Assembly (NCBI GenBank): GCA_017502165.1
Contig: JAFVVO010000012.1
Coordinates: 6,174-70,173 of the forward strand
Source: Clostridia bacterium
GTDB lineage: Bacteria; Bacillota; Clostridia; Christensenellales; QALW01
Direction: 5' to 3'
Length of the DNA: 64,000 nucleotides
How positions within the stretch are numbered: position 1 is the stretch's first letter; the number at the start of each line of letters is the position of its first letter. Position numbers and translations under genes: made by a program. Of the stretch, positions 33,354 to 43,101 are shown one piece after another. The notes under the pieces were generated by a model. The model had not been told where the DNA came from. It was given only the letters and a program-made list of their open reading frames with translations, and ran no database searches.

Positions 33354-35624
33354 ATGGAAAATAATAAATTTTTCGTCATTTCCGCAGGTGACCTGGCAGA
33401 CCATTGTTTTCCCCAAGGCTCTCTCAGTGTTCTCCCCTCGGTTGAACGGATGTTCCAAGGCACCTCCGCCCACAAAAAGCTTCAAAACGTCTACAGTGAA
33501 AACGAAAGCATCACCTATAAGCGCGAGGTCCCCCTTGAAACAGTTTTTCAGTACGAAAATTTTTCTCTTAAAATTCAAGGACGGGCAGACGGCATAATTT
33601 TTGATAAGGAAAAATATTCCATTCATGAAATAAAATCCACCTACACCTCCGCCTCTGCCATCGAAAAGCCTCTTAAAGCGTCACACAAGGCGCAAATGAT
33701 GATTTACGCATATATCCTTGCCGAAGCCCATTCCTTAAGCCGAATTAACGGCCGTTTAAGCTATTTTTGCTTGTCTGACGACACAATTATCGACCTGGAC
33801 TATTCCTTTGAATTTGAATCCCTTAAAGCCGTTGTCAAGCAAATGGCAGATAGCTACGCTTCCCTGCTTACAATGCGCCTCAGCTACCGCCAAGCCTTAG
33901 TCACCACCGCTTCCGCCCTTGCCTTCCCTTTTGAATCCTTCCGCCAAGGTCAGCGCGAAGGCGCCAAGCAGATTTTTACCGCATTAAAGCAAAATAAAAA
34001 CTTATTTTTGCAGGCACCAACGGGAACGGGTAAAACAGTTATGGCGCTTTTTCCCGCAATAAAATATTTAGAGCAGGACGACGCAAAAATTTTCTGCTTA
34101 AGCGCAAAGAATCAGACTATGTCTTCCTACGAAAGCACTCTCGCTCTTATGCGCAAGAAGGGGTTGAAAATCAAAAGCTGTACCATTTGCGCAAAATCAA
34201 AGTACTGTTTTTATGATGTTCAGGATTGCTCAGGTGAAAACTGTCCCTATTCTTTAGACTTTTACCCCAAGCTTCATGCCGCGCTTCCCGAAATGCTCTT
34301 GCAGGACAATTTTGATTTCGACACTATCCGTTCTTTTGCCGAAAAATATCAGCTTTGCCCCTATGAGCTTGCGCTGGAGCTTTCCTTAGAATCCAACGTA
34401 ATAATCTGCGATTACAATTATCTCTTTGATCCCATAGTTTATCTGCGCCGATATTTTGATGAAGACGGCAAATATATTTTCCTTATCGACGAGGCTCACA
34501 ATCTTGTGGAACGAGGCCGCGATATGCTCTCAGCAGACATTTGTCGAGCCGACCTGCAGAAAATAAAAAAGCAATTTTCCAAAGAGCACGTCCTTTATAA
34601 GCAGTTCGGCAAAATTTTAACGCAGTTAAACAAAATTTTGAAATCCGAAGAGCCTCTTTCCCGTGATTCCCTGAAAGCATTAGACGAAAGCATCTTCAGG
34701 GCAAATCAGGAAATATTTGAATACTCACAAAAGGCCGCCGTGCCCAATGAATCCCTTTTACTTTTGAAGGAGCTGGTCCGCTTTTCAACGCTATTAGGGC
34801 TTTATAACGAGGAGGACTTCATTCTCTATCACTCAACCGCCACCTTGTTCCTGCAATGCATTGACCCGTCGAAGAACTTAGAAAGCGGCATCAAAAAAGG
34901 GCAATCCGCCATTCTGTTCTCCGCTACCCTTCAGCCGTACGAATTTTACAAAAACTGCATTTTGCCCGATTCCGAATCCTTTGGCTTCTCCGTAGATTAC
35001 CCATTCAATAAGGACAATCTTACGGTTTTGGCAGATTACAGTGTTGACACGCGTTTTACCTTAAGAGAAAACTTTTTTGAAATAATCGCAAGAAAAATCG
35101 AATTATACCGCCAAAGCGTAAAGGGCAATTTCATTGTATTCTTCCCATCCTTTAAGTTTATGGAATCCGTTGCCGAATTCTGCTCTGTCCCTTTGCTTAT
35201 TCAGACATCCGACAGTAATAAGGAAGCACGGGAAAATTATCTTAAGGAATTGCGTGAAGGCTCCCTGGTTACCGCCTTTGCCGTTATGGGAAGTCACTTC
35301 AGCGAAGGAATTGACTTAAACGGTCTCGCAGGCATCGTAATCGTTGGAGTTGCCCTGCCAAAATTTGATTTATCCCGAACTAAAATTCAAGAGCATTTTG
35401 AGAAAAAATACAAAAAAGGCTTTGAATACGCCTACGTTTATCCGGGAATTAACAAGGTTTCTCAGGCAGCGGGGCGCCTCATCCGCAGTGAAGATGACAA
35501 AGGCTTCTTAATTTTAATGGATAGTCGTTTCCAAAGATACAAAAGCCTTCTTCCGCCCCATTGGAACGTTCTTCCTCTGTTTTCCGATTCTAAAGCGCAG
35601 GAAATCTTATCCTCGTTAGAATAA
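33354..35624 (+). CDS. PD-(D/E)xK nuclease-domain / XPD-DinG family Fe-S DEAH helicase fusion
   Basis: 756 aa (AAGGAGG RBS). The N-terminus has GRADGI...IHEIKS...QMMIYAYIL (D, ExK and QxxxY motifs). The helicase has motif I QAPTGTGKT, the Cys cluster CTIC..C......C....C and motif II DEAH. Confidence 0.8.
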   Translation: MENNKFFVISAGDLADHCFPQGSLSVLPSVERMFQGTSAHKKLQNVYSENESITYKREVPLETVFQYENFSLKIQGRADGIIFDKEKYSIHEIKSTYTSASAIEKPLKASHKAQMMIYAYILAEAHSLSRINGRLSYFCLSDDTIIDLDYSFEFESLKAVVKQMADSYASLLTMRLSYRQALVTTASALAFPFESFRQGQREGAKQIFTALKQNKNLFLQAPTGTGKTVMALFPAIKYLEQDDAKIFCLSAKNQTMSSYESTLALMRKKGLKIKSCTICAKSKYCFYDVQDCSGENCPYSLDFYPKLHAALPEMLLQDNFDFDTIRSFAEKYQLCPYELALELSLESNVIICDYNYLFDPIVYLRRYFDEDGKYIFLIDEAHNLVERGRDMLSADICRADLQKIKKQFSKEHVLYKQFGKILTQLNKILKSEEPLSRDSLKALDESIFRANQEIFEYSQKAAVPNESLLLLKELVRFSTLLGLYNEEDFILYHSTATLFLQCIDPSKNLESGIKKGQSAILFSATLQPYEFYKNCILPDSESFGFSVDYPFNKDNLTVLADYSVDTRFTLRENFFEIIARKIELYRQSVKGNFIVFFPSFKFMESVAEFCSVPLLIQTSDSNKEARENYLKELREGSLVTAFAVMGSHFSEGIDLNGLAGIVIVGVALPKFDLSRTKIQEHFEKKYKKGFEYAYVYPGINKVSQAAGRLIRSEDDKGFLILMDSRFQRYKSLLPPHWNVLPLFSDSKAQEILSSLE

Positions 35625-35636
35625 TTCAATAAAAAA

Positions 35637-35663
35637 ATAATCCTTTGAGTATCAAAGGATTAT
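35637..35663. terminator. bidirectional terminator
   Basis: ATAATCCTTTGA-GTA-TCAAAGGATTAT, flanked by A7 and T7 runs. Confidence 0.7.
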
Positions 35664-35711
35664 TTTTTTAATGTCTGTTCAAAGTTAAATCAGCGTCAAT
35701 TTAATATAATA

Positions 35712-36782
35712 TTAATTCTCTATTGAATCTATAATTCCGCCGCCAAGGCAAACTTCATCTTGGTATAAAACCACCGATTGACCGGGTGTAACTGCCCTCT
35801 GCTTTTCGGCGTGTGTAATATACATTCTGTCTCCGTCTATCTCCACGTGTACCCTCTGGTCAGGCTGACGGTATCTGAATTTTGCCGTACAATCAAAGCA
35901 TTTTGAAGGAGCCTCACCGCCTATAAAGGTAAGCTGTGACGCTACCGACGCCTTGGAATAGAGCTTTGGATGCTCCCCCTGCGCCGCATAAATAATATTA
36001 TTTTTTACGTCCTTATCAATAACAAACCAAGGCTCACCGCTGCCGGAATTGCTTCCGCCAATACCTAAACCGTGGCGTTGACCTAACGTATAATACATAG
36101 CGCCGTCGTGAGTGCCGATTTTTTTACCGTCAAGGGATAAAATATCACCCTTGCCTGCAGGCAAAAACGTACTTAAGAACTCTCTGAAGCGTCTTTCACC
36201 TATAAAGCAAATACCCGTTGAATCCTTCTTTTTCCATGTCTCAAGTCCTGCCTTTTGGGCAATTTCGCGCAATTCGGGCTTTTGCAAATGACCTATGGGA
36301 AATATTACGGGAGAAAGCTGCTTTTGATTAAGCGCATACAGAAAATACGTCTGATCCTTATTTGAATCCGCCGCCCGCATAAGCGTCATCAATCCGTCGC
36401 GCTTCTCAAGTCTGGCATAATGTCCCGTGGCTATCCCTTGAGCGTTAACAGAAAGAGCAAAATTCAAAAACGCATCGAATTTTATTTCTTTATTGCATAA
36501 AATATCCGGATTGGGAGTTCTTCCTGCGGAATATTCCTCAAGGAATATCTTAAACACCTTATCCCAATATTCCTTTGAAAAATTGACCGAATAGTAAGGA
36601 ATCCCGATTTTGTCGCATACTGCGCGCACGTCATCATAATCCTGCTGCGCAGTACACTGGCCGTTATCCTCTTCCTCCCAATTCTTCATAAAAATGCCAA
36701 CACAGTCGTATCCCTGCTGCTTTAATAAATAAGCCGCAACAGAGGAATCAACGCCGCCCGACATACCAATAACTATACGCAT
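35712..36782 (-). CDS. mnmA: tRNA-specific 2-thiouridylase
   Basis: 356 aa with the PP-loop [10 protein letters not shown] and MnmA-like sequence over the full length. Confidence 0.95.
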   Translation of the reverse strand: MRIVIGMSGGVDSSVAAYLLKQQGYDCVGIFMKNWEEEDNGQCTAQQDYDDVRAVCDKIGIPYYSVNFSKEYWDKVFKIFLEEYSAGRTPNPDILCNKEIKFDAFLNFALSVNAQGIATGHYARLEKRDGLMTLMRAADSNKDQTYFLYALNQKQLSPVIFPIGHLQKPELREIAQKAGLETWKKKDSTGICFIGERRFREFLSTFLPAGKGDILSLDGKKIGTHDGAMYYTLGQRHGLGIGGSNSGSGEPWFVIDKDVKNNIIYAAQGEHPKLYSKASVASQLTFIGGEAPSKCFDCTAKFRYRQPDQRVHVEIDGDRMYITHAEKQRAVTPGQSVVLYQDEVCLGGGIIDSIEN

Positions 36783-36798
36783 AAAATCCTCGTAAAAA

Positions 36799-36818
36799 AG
36801 CCCCGAAATTTCGGGGCT
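36799..36818 (-). terminator. terminator of the upstream membrane-protein gene
   Basis: Perfect palindrome AGCCCCGAAATTTCGGGGCT followed by a T-run on the minus strand. Confidence 0.7.
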
Positions 36819-36824
36819 CTTAAA

Positions 36825-37994
36825 TTAATTTTCTTCTTTTTTAACCTTTTTCTTCTTGAATACGTCTTCACCGTAAATGCGGATCTGTTCTTTTCTGTAT
36901 TCATCACGACATCTGATGAAATTGAATACTGCAGCAAGAATAATCACAACGCCCAAAGCCATAAGAATATATACGCCGGGCTCAATCAAGAAGTTATACT
37001 TTGTGTAGAAGCCCAAATCAAGCACTGGAACAACTGCAAGCGCAACACCTAAAACTGATGCAATGCCAAGCTCAACTGCCTGGAACTTGTTGGGAACGAT
37101 AAGTGCAAGCAAGGTGCTTATTGCAGCTGCAACCATGAAGGAAATAATACCCGTATCCTCAGAAGCAATCTTGAACTCCCCTGCTTCCTTTGTCTTTGCT
37201 TCAGACAAGATACCGCCGCCTACCTCACCAACGGTGGGAAGAGTACGTCTGGTATCGTCACGGTAAATATACAAGGTATAACCGTCAAGAGCATAATAAA
37301 CAACCTTAGGCTCCTGACCTTCAGCAGCAGGATTCTTAGGATCGTCTTCAGACTTTAAGGTAATTGCAACGTAATATGCCAAGCTTTCGCCCTGCTTAAT
37401 GGGAAGGCTCGTAACCTCCTTTGTGTCGTCTCTCGTATTAAAGGGCTGGAAATAGGGGTTATCGTAACGAGCCCAAGCCTTACGGGAGTCAATAACACGG
37501 GTAAAGTCAAAGGTAGTTGCATTGGGAACACGAATATCAATAGTACCTTCCTTATTGTCACGTGTAACTAAAGCGGGAGAATTGTTCTTCGTATCCTTCG
37601 TTAAGGTCAAGGTATATTTTCTGAGCATAACGTGCTCAAGCTCAGTTCCGCCGTTATCCACATCGTAAGCATAAGCATATGTAACGAAATAATATACGTT
37701 TTCCTTATCAGGCACGGGAATTTTTTCAATATCAACGGTTTTGGTAAGCTCCGCATCGGAAAAAACATTGAAAACAGGTGCGCCTATTGCGGTATAGGTG
37801 GAAATCATATTAAATGTTTCCTGCTCCTTACCGATATTCTTGTCAAAAATTTTATCCTTAATGCTAACGTCCTGCTTAGTCTCAACAGCGGGAATCTTCG
37901 TATAAGGAATGAAAACGCAAATTATAACTGCGAAGGAAAGAACAGCCAAGATTATTTTAGTAAAAAGGCTATTCATATGTAAGAACTTGTTCAT
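36825..37994 (-). CDS. hypothetical membrane protein (N-terminal TM, extracellular domain, C-terminal TM bundle)
   Basis: 389 aa with a GGAGG RBS 6 nt before the ATG. No family recognised. Confidence 0.55.
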   Translation of the reverse strand: MNKFLHMNSLFTKIILAVLSFAVIICVFIPYTKIPAVETKQDVSIKDKIFDKNIGKEQETFNMISTYTAIGAPVFNVFSDAELTKTVDIEKIPVPDKENVYYFVTYAYAYDVDNGGTELEHVMLRKYTLTLTKDTKNNSPALVTRDNKEGTIDIRVPNATTFDFTRVIDSRKAWARYDNPYFQPFNTRDDTKEVTSLPIKQGESLAYYVAITLKSEDDPKNPAAEGQEPKVVYYALDGYTLYIYRDDTRRTLPTVGEVGGGILSEAKTKEAGEFKIASEDTGIISFMVAAAISTLLALIVPNKFQAVELGIASVLGVALAVVPVLDLGFYTKYNFLIEPGVYILMALGVVIILAAVFNFIRCRDEYRKEQIRIYGEDVFKKKKVKKEEN

Positions 37995-38125
37995 AAGAAT
38001 CCTCCTTATAATGTAACATATAAATTATACTCTTTTTGACGCCAATAGTCAATACCAAAGTTAAAAATAACCTTGATTTTTGGAACAAAAAGCTAATAAT
38101 TTACAATTTAGCAAAAAATAAAAAA

Positions 38126-38146
38126 GCGTATGACTTAATCACACGC
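38126..38146 (-). terminator. rplS terminator
   Basis: GCGTGTGA-TTAAG-TCATACGC (one mismatch) followed by TTTTTTATTTTTT on the minus strand. Confidence 0.6.
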
Positions 38147-38158
38147 CTTTTCTTTTGC

Positions 38159-38500
38159 TTATTGAAGTTCCTTAACTTTAGCAGCCTTACCAACACGGTC
38201 ACGCAAATAATAAAGCTTTGCTCTGCGAACACGACCGCGACGAACTACAGTAATGCTACCGATTCTGGGTGAATGTACGGGGAATGTACGCTCAACACCT
38301 ACGCCGTAAGCAACACGACGTACGGTAAAGGTTTCATTTGAGCTGCCGTTTTTACGAGCAATTACAGTGCCTTCAAAAGCCTGTAATCTTTCACGGTTAC
38401 CTTCAACAACCTTAACCATTACCTTTACAGTATCACCGATATTAAAATCAGGGATATCTGTGCGAAGCTGTTCAGCTTCAATTGCTCTAATAAGTTCCAT
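38159..38500 (-). CDS. rplS: 50S ribosomal protein L19
   Basis: 113 aa from ATG 38500 (GGAG RBS), beginning [27 protein letters not shown]. Confidence 0.95.
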   Translation of the reverse strand: MELIRAIEAEQLRTDIPDFNIGDTVKVMVKVVEGNRERLQAFEGTVIARKNGSSNETFTVRRVAYGVGVERTFPVHSPRIGSITVVRRGRVRRAKLYYLRDRVGKAAKVKELQ

Positions 38501-38614
38501 ATTTTTTCTCCTTAACATAGATGTTCATTGACGCGAATTTACGGTCAAGCGGACCACCCGAATTTATCAAGCTTAATAAATATACCATAAAACAAGGTTT
38601 TAAGCAAGCGTTTT

Positions 38615-39337
38615 TTACTCTTTTTTTATTTTTTCAAGAATTTTTACGTCTTCATCGCTTAATTGCGCCGTTTTCAGCAAATCGGGACGCTTCTTCAGAG
38701 TTGTTCTGAGCTGCATTTCCCTCTGCCAGAGAGTTATTTTAGCGTGGTTTCCGCTAAGCAACACCTCAGGCACCTTTAACCCGTTATAATCTGCAGGACG
38801 GGTATATTGGGGAGCCTCAAGCAAGCCGTCAGAAAAGCTGTCCTCATAGGCGCTGTCAACGCTTCCTAAAACACCGTCAACAAAACGCGAAACTGCATCC
38901 ACAACCACCAACGCCGCCAGCTCACCGCCGGTCAAAACGTAATCACCGATGGAAATCTCTCTGTCAATGGCGTTATCAAGCACTCTTTGGTCAACACCCT
39001 CGTAATGTCCGCACAAAATAACAAGATGCTCGTTTGTTGAAAGCTCCTTTGCAATTTCGGGGGTAAGCGTTTGTCCCTGGGGCGACATATAAATGCTGAC
39101 GCACCCATTCGTTTTAACGCTTTCGAGCGCAGAAAATATCGGTTGCGGCATCATAAGCATACCAACTCCCCCGCCAAAGGGATAATCGTCGGTATTCTTA
39201 TGCTTTGAATCGCTGAAATCACGAATATTTACGATTTCGATTTCTAAAATTCCTTTTTTAACAGCCCTGCCGAGAATAGAGCATTCCACCATAGGCTGTA
39301 TCATTTCAGGAAAAATAGTTAAAATACTAATTTTCAT
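38615..39337 (-). CDS. trmD: tRNA (guanine37-N1)-methyltransferase
   Basis: 240 aa from ATG 39337, beginning MKISILTIFPEM; also GGGVGMLM. Confidence 0.95.
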   Translation of the reverse strand: MKISILTIFPEMIQPMVECSILGRAVKKGILEIEIVNIRDFSDSKHKNTDDYPFGGGVGMLMMPQPIFSALESVKTNGCVSIYMSPQGQTLTPEIAKELSTNEHLVILCGHYEGVDQRVLDNAIDREISIGDYVLTGGELAALVVVDAVSRFVDGVLGSVDSAYEDSFSDGLLEAPQYTRPADYNGLKVPEVLLSGNHAKITLWQREMQLRTTLKKRPDLLKTAQLSDEDVKILEKIKKE

Positions 39338-39845
39338 ATACCACAACTTCCTGAAGCATACTTCCCTTAACGGTTATAAGCTTTTTCTCAATATCAATAT
39401 CAAGCACAAAGCTTTTAACCGCAGGAATTAAAATTTCTTCCTTGCCCTTTTTAACAACGTAAACGTCGTTGGCTCCGGGCTGCATAACCTCATTAACAAC
39501 CCCTAAGTCCTGCCCGTCGTCAGTTACAACCGAGCACCCCTCAAGGTCGAAAATGAAATATCTGCCCTCGGGAAGCTTAATAGCGTTTTCCCTGTCAACG
39601 CAAACGTATTTGTTCCGCAAGGTCTCCGCTTCATCACGGGTATAGATTTTTTCAAGGAATAAAAAGGCACACCCATCTCCTAAACGGGTGCCTTTTACGT
39701 TATACCTTGTGTAATTTCCCTTATCCTCGATAAAAACGTATTTCAATTCAAGAAATCTGTCCAATCTGTCGGAAAGGGAATTTACTTTAATTTCGCCACG
39801 AATACCTTGTGGCTTTGCAATAAGACCGATTCTTATATAGTCCAT
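39327..39845 (-). CDS. rimM: 16S rRNA processing protein RimM
   Basis: 172 aa from ATG 39845, with IGLIAKPQGIRGEIKV. Confidence 0.9.
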   Translation of the reverse strand: MDYIRIGLIAKPQGIRGEIKVNSLSDRLDRFLELKYVFIEDKGNYTRYNVKGTRLGDGCAFLFLEKIYTRDEAETLRNKYVCVDRENAIKLPEGRYFIFDLEGCSVVTDDGQDLGVVNEVMQPGANDVYVVKKGKEEILIPAVKSFVLDIDIEKKLITVKGSMLQEVVVYEN

Positions 39846-39846
39846 A

Positions 39847-40083
39847 TTAAATAATATCAACTATAACGCGTTTTTCTTCTTTAGAAGAAGCCGCTTTAAC
39901 AACGGTACGAATTGCACGGGCAATTTTACCCTGCTTGCCGATGATTTTGCCCATATCCTCGGGGCAAACACGCACCTCGATAACTACGGCATCATCACGT
40001 TCAACACGGGTAACGTTTACCTGGTCCTTTTGCGAAACCAGTTCGCGTACAATAAACTCAACTAAAGTTTCCACAACAATCAC
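39847..40083 (-). CDS. khpA: KH-domain RNA-binding protein (YlqC/KhpA)
   Basis: 78 aa with the KH motif MGKIIGKQGKIARAIRTV. Confidence 0.85.
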   Translation of the reverse strand: MIVVETLVEFIVRELVSQKDQVNVTRVERDDAVVIEVRVCPEDMGKIIGKQGKIARAIRTVVKAASSKEEKRVIVDII

Positions 40084-40087
40084 CTAA

Positions 40088-40327
40088 TTATTCAAGACCT
40101 GCAATCTTGAGCAACTTCTTAACTGTTTCGGAAGGCTGAGCGCCCTTTGAAATCCAATCCTTAGCTGCTTCAACGTCAATTTTGATGTCAGCGGGCTCAG
40201 TCATGGGGTTGTAGTAACCGATGTTAGCGATTGATTTACCGCCACGAGCGTTTCTGCTCTCGGAAACAACTACACGATAGAAGGGAGCCTTTTTAGCACC
40301 GAGTCTCTTAAGTCTGATCTTTACCAT
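40088..40327 (-). CDS. rpsP: 30S ribosomal protein S16
   Basis: 79 aa, beginning [21 protein letters not shown]. Confidence 0.95.
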   Translation of the reverse strand: MVKIRLKRLGAKKAPFYRVVVSESRNARGGKSIANIGYYNPMTEPADIKIDVEAAKDWISKGAQPSETVKKLLKIAGLE

Positions 40328-40423
40328 TTTGAAAATCCTCCAATAAAATAAAATTATATATTAAGCTTTTAACTTATCAAAAATTATACGTGCCCTGCAA
40401 GAATTATCGAGCACTTAGAAAAA

Positions 40424-41755
40424 TTATCTGAACCTTGGGAAACCGCCCTTTTTCGAAAGCGCTCCAAAGCGTTTCATCATTGTTTTCGTCTGTTCAAACT
40501 GTCGGATAAGCTGATTGACCTCCTGAACGGAAGTTCCGCTTCCTGCGGCAATTCTGCGTCTTCTCGAAGCGTTGAGCACGTCGGGATTTCTTCTTTCCTT
40601 TTTGGTCATTGAAAGAATAATTGCCTCAATTCTGTCTATACGCTTTTCGTCGATTTCCGCCTCTGAAAGCTTGCTTGTATCCACGCCCGGCATCTGCGGA
40701 AGTGATTTCACAATATCCTTCATTGAGCCCATCTTACGCATTTGCTTGAACTGGTCAAGGAAATCCTGCAAATCGAATTTATTTTGCTTAATTCTGTCTG
40801 CAAGCTTTTGAGTATCCTCACCGTCAAAGGCCTCCTGAGCCTTTTCTATCAGCGAAAGCACGTCTCCCATGCCAAGAATTCTTGACGCCATTCTATCGGG
40901 GTGGAACGGTTCAATATCCGTCAGCTTTTCACCAATACCTGCAAACTTGATAGGCTTACCGCAAACCGCCTTAACGCTCATTGCGGCACCGCCTCTTGCA
41001 TCACCGTCAAGCTTCGTTAAAATAACCCCGTCAATACCAAGCTTTTCGTTAAAGCTTTGGGCAACGTTAACCGCATCCTGACCGGTCATAGCATCAACGG
41101 TAAGCAAAATTTCTGTAGGACGAACTGTTTTCTTAACTTCAACAAGCTCTTGCATCAGCTCCTCGTCGATATGCAATCTACCGGCAGTATCGAGAATCAC
41201 CGTATCAAACAAATAGCTTTTTGCGTACTTAATTGCTTCCTGCGCCGTTACGCTGGGTGCCTGAGTCCCCTTTTCAAAAACGGGAATATCAAGCTGCTGC
41301 CCTAAAACCTTAAGCTGCTCAATAGCGGCAGGACGGTAAATGTCGCAAGCAACAAGCAAAGGCTTTTTCCCCTGCTTACGAAGAAGACCTGCAAGCTTTG
41401 CACACATAGTGGTTTTACCTGCGCCCTGAAGACCGCAAAGCATATAAACGCTTGGCGGAGCCGAGGAAACCGTAAGCTTAGAATGGGTTGAGCCCATCAA
41501 AGCAATAAGCTCCTCATTAACTATTTTAATAACTGCCTGGCCGGGAGTAAGGCTTGTTAAAACCGTTTCCCCTACCGCCTTCTCAGTTACGCCTTTAACG
41601 AAATCTCTTGCAACTGCAAAGTTAACGTCAGCTTCAAGAAGTGCCATACGCACCTCGCGCATAGCCTCCTTAACGTCACTTTCGGAAAGCTTTCCGCGAC
41701 TTTTAAGGCCCTTAAATACTTTTTGAAGTTTTTCAGTTAATCCCTCAAAAGCCAT
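40424..41755 (-). CDS. ffh: signal recognition particle protein Ffh
   Basis: 443 aa with an NG domain (GLQGAGKTT, DTAGR, TKLDGD) and an M domain. Confidence 0.95.
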   Translation of the reverse strand: MAFEGLTEKLQKVFKGLKSRGKLSESDVKEAMREVRMALLEADVNFAVARDFVKGVTEKAVGETVLTSLTPGQAVIKIVNEELIALMGSTHSKLTVSSAPPSVYMLCGLQGAGKTTMCAKLAGLLRKQGKKPLLVACDIYRPAAIEQLKVLGQQLDIPVFEKGTQAPSVTAQEAIKYAKSYLFDTVILDTAGRLHIDEELMQELVEVKKTVRPTEILLTVDAMTGQDAVNVAQSFNEKLGIDGVILTKLDGDARGGAAMSVKAVCGKPIKFAGIGEKLTDIEPFHPDRMASRILGMGDVLSLIEKAQEAFDGEDTQKLADRIKQNKFDLQDFLDQFKQMRKMGSMKDIVKSLPQMPGVDTSKLSEAEIDEKRIDRIEAIILSMTKKERRNPDVLNASRRRRIAAGSGTSVQEVNQLIRQFEQTKTMMKRFGALSKKGGFPRFR

Positions 41756-42069
41756 TACTGCTCCTCCATAACGTTTTTAAGCATTTTACCGTATTCAGAA
41801 CAATTTTCATTCTGCTCAAGCTCCTGCGCAATCTGCAGAATTTTTCGTTCCTTGCTGACTATTTTCAGCGCATTTTCGTAAAACATAAGCTTTTGCTCGC
41901 CCTTAATAATGGCATCTCTTGCCGCCTGGCGCGACACCGAGCAAATTTCACCTATTTCGCCCAAGGACAGATCCTCATCAAAGCGCATACGCAAAATTTT
42001 TGCTTGCGTTTCTGTTAATAGCTTTTCGTACGTATCAAGCAGAATGGTAAACTCGATGTTTTCTTCCAT
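41755..42069 (-). CDS. ylxM: UPF0122 / YlxM putative HTH protein
   Basis: 104 aa in the conserved position upstream of ffh, with a sigma-70 region-4-like HTH (LSLGEIGEICSVSRQAARDAI). Confidence 0.85.
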   Translation of the reverse strand: MEENIEFTILLDTYEKLLTETQAKILRMRFDEDLSLGEIGEICSVSRQAARDAIIKGEQKLMFYENALKIVSKERKILQIAQELEQNENCSEYGKMLKNVMEEQ

Positions 42070-42090
42070 TTTGCACCTCCGAAAAGCAAA

Positions 42091-42151
42091 GGACTGTAAA
42101 GCAAATTTGTTTTACAGTCCATATAATATAACTATTACTTAATTTTGTCAA
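42091..42151 (-). promoter_or_regulatory. candidate ylxM-ffh promoter followed immediately by a 10-bp-stem 5' hairpin
   Basis: On the minus strand TTGACA (42146-42151), 17 nt, TATTAT (42123-42128), then GGACTGTAAA-N10-TTTACAGTCC (42091-42120) followed by TTTGCTTTT. Confidence 0.4.
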
Positions 42152-42170
42152 GCAATTTTGCAAACTTTTA

Positions 42171-43091
42171 TTAAATAATGTTTGCAACGAAATCCTCAGC
42201 ATCAAAGGGACGCAAATCGTCAATACCTTCCCCAACGCCGATATAGCAGATAGGAATATTCATTTCCTTTGCAATTGCCACCGCTACTCCGCCCTTTGCG
42301 GTGCCGTCAAGCTTATTGAGAATGATTCCGTCAATTCCAACCGCATCAGAAAAGCCCTTTGCCTGCATAAGTGCATTTTGTCCCGTTGTAGCGTCAAGCA
42401 CAAGCATATTCTGTCTGTTTGCTTCGGGATATTCACGTGTAATAATTCTGCCTATTTTGGCAAGCTCATCCATAAGATTTTTCTTATTATGAAGTCTGCC
42501 TGCAGTATCACAGATAAGCACGTCGATTTTCTTTGCCTTTGCACTTGCAATAGCATCAAACACAACTGAAGAGGGGTCTGCCCCGTCTGCGCCGCGAATA
42601 ATAAGCGCACCGCTTCTCTTTGCCCAAAGGTCAAGCTGTTCAACCGCCGCAGCTCTGAAGGTATCTGCCGCCGCAACCATTACTGTTTTGCCGTTTTGAG
42701 CATAGAAATTAGCAAGTTTTCCGATGGCGGTGGTTTTGCCAACGCCGTTTACACCCGTAACGAGAAACAGAAGCGGATAAGTATCCTCCTGCTCATTCTG
42801 GGCAGAAACAAGAACTTCCTTAATGCTTTCACGCAAAAGACCGTAAATACGCTCACTGTCGCCTATTTTCTCACTCTTTACCTTTTCCTTAAGGCTTGCA
42901 AGAATATCCTCCGTAGCATTTACGCCGATATCTGCCGAAACAAGTATCATTTCAAGCTCTTCAAAGAATTCGTCGTCTATTTCCTTGTAATACTTTACAA
43001 GCTCTTCAATTCTGCTTGAAATATTCTCTTTTGTTTTAGATAATCCGCCGGCAAGCTTTTTAAGCCAACCGTCTTTATTAAATAAACCCAT
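42171..43091 (-). CDS. ftsY: signal recognition particle receptor FtsY
   Basis: 306 aa with an NG domain (GVNGVGKTT, DTAGR, NKLDG). Confidence 0.95.
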   Translation of the reverse strand: MGLFNKDGWLKKLAGGLSKTKENISSRIEELVKYYKEIDDEFFEELEMILVSADIGVNATEDILASLKEKVKSEKIGDSERIYGLLRESIKEVLVSAQNEQEDTYPLLFLVTGVNGVGKTTAIGKLANFYAQNGKTVMVAAADTFRAAAVEQLDLWAKRSGALIIRGADGADPSSVVFDAIASAKAKKIDVLICDTAGRLHNKKNLMDELAKIGRIITREYPEANRQNMLVLDATTGQNALMQAKGFSDAVGIDGIILNKLDGTAKGGVAVAIAKEMNIPICYIGVGEGIDDLRPFDAEDFVANII

Positions 43092-43101
43092 TAAAAACTC
43101 C

